From a virus (Duplodnaviria > Heunggongvirae > Uroviricota > Caudoviricetes), in the IMG/VR virus record IMGVR_UViG_2925914267_000002: a DNA stretch of 28,749 bases; one strand, given 5' to 3'. How positions within the stretch are numbered: position 1 is the first letter of the stretch; each line of letters starts with the position of its first letter. The notes beneath the pieces were generated by a model. It was given only the letters and a program-made list of their open reading frames with translations, was not told the origin of the DNA and searched no databases. Made by a program: the position numbers and the translations under genes. Positions 28,328-28,749 of this stretch are shown in pieces.

Positions 28328-28749
28328 CCTCGCGCATACAGCCGGGCAGTGACGTCATCGTCTGCGCGGAAATGGACGAACAGTGGGGATACGTCGGGGC
28401 TAAATCGCGCCAGCGCTGGCTGTTTTACGCGTATGACAGGCTCCGGAAGACGGTTGTTGCGCACGTATTCGGTGAACGCACTCTGGCCACACTGGAGCGT
28501 CTTCTGAGCCTGCTGTCGGCCTTTGAGGTCGTGGTATGGATGACGGATGGCTGGCCGCTGTATGAATCACGCCTGAAGGGAAAGCTGCACGTTATCAGCA
28601 AGCGTTACACTCAGCGCATTGAGCGACATAATCTGAATCTGAGACAACATCTGGCAAGGCTGGGACGGAAGTCGCTGTCGTTCTCAAAATCGGTGGAGCT
28701 GCATGACAAAGTCATCGGGCATTATCTGAACATAAAACACTATCAATAA
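28246..28749 (+). CDS. insB: IS1 InsB (variant isoform)
   Basis: 167 aa; differs from the first copy at several clustered positions ([20 protein letters not shown] vs [20 protein letters not shown]). Confidence 0.95.

Larger units (their letters stand above)
27997..28749 (+). mobile_element. IS1, partial (runs off the window edge; last ~15 bp missing)
   Basis: Starts with terminal repeat GGTGATGCTGCCAACTTACTGAT at 27997; insA and insB present; window ends at the insB stop. Confidence 0.95.

Overview
This window is almost entirely a degraded lambdoid, Qin-like cryptic prophage of an Escherichia/Shigella-type genome. It runs from the int-xis end at the left edge to a junction with an N-terminally truncated chromosomal MFS transporter gene (ydfJ-like) near 26.65 kb. 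It is heavily colonised by insertion sequences: an IS600-like element, IS629, IS3 and two IS1 copies, each with canonical length. Modules in order: integrase, excisionase-like gene and a large DEDD-type exonuclease; the dicB-dicF cell-division-inhibitor operon (dicB split by the IS600-like element, dicF sRNA intact); a DicA/DicC-like repressor pair with shared operator motifs; YdaT-like and O-like replication genes with an embedded iteron origin; a large HEPN-motif gene split by IS629; an orphan hok-family toxin locus; rem, ydfU and a Q antiterminator; cspF, cspB and cspI cold-shock genes; a holin-endolysin-Rz/Rz1 lysis cassette; an IS1 junction without target duplication joining a truncated gene to the 3' part of a side-tail-fibre gene; tfa; a Pin-family invertase; and ydfK split by IS3. 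The strongest candidate for something undescribed is the HEPN-motif gene, a possible single-gene defence module that I cannot place in a known family. No rRNA, tRNA or CRISPR array was seen. All calls rest on reading the supplied translations and the DNA against recalled family signatures and the E. coli K-12 Qin gene order; no database search was run, so gene symbols are provisional.
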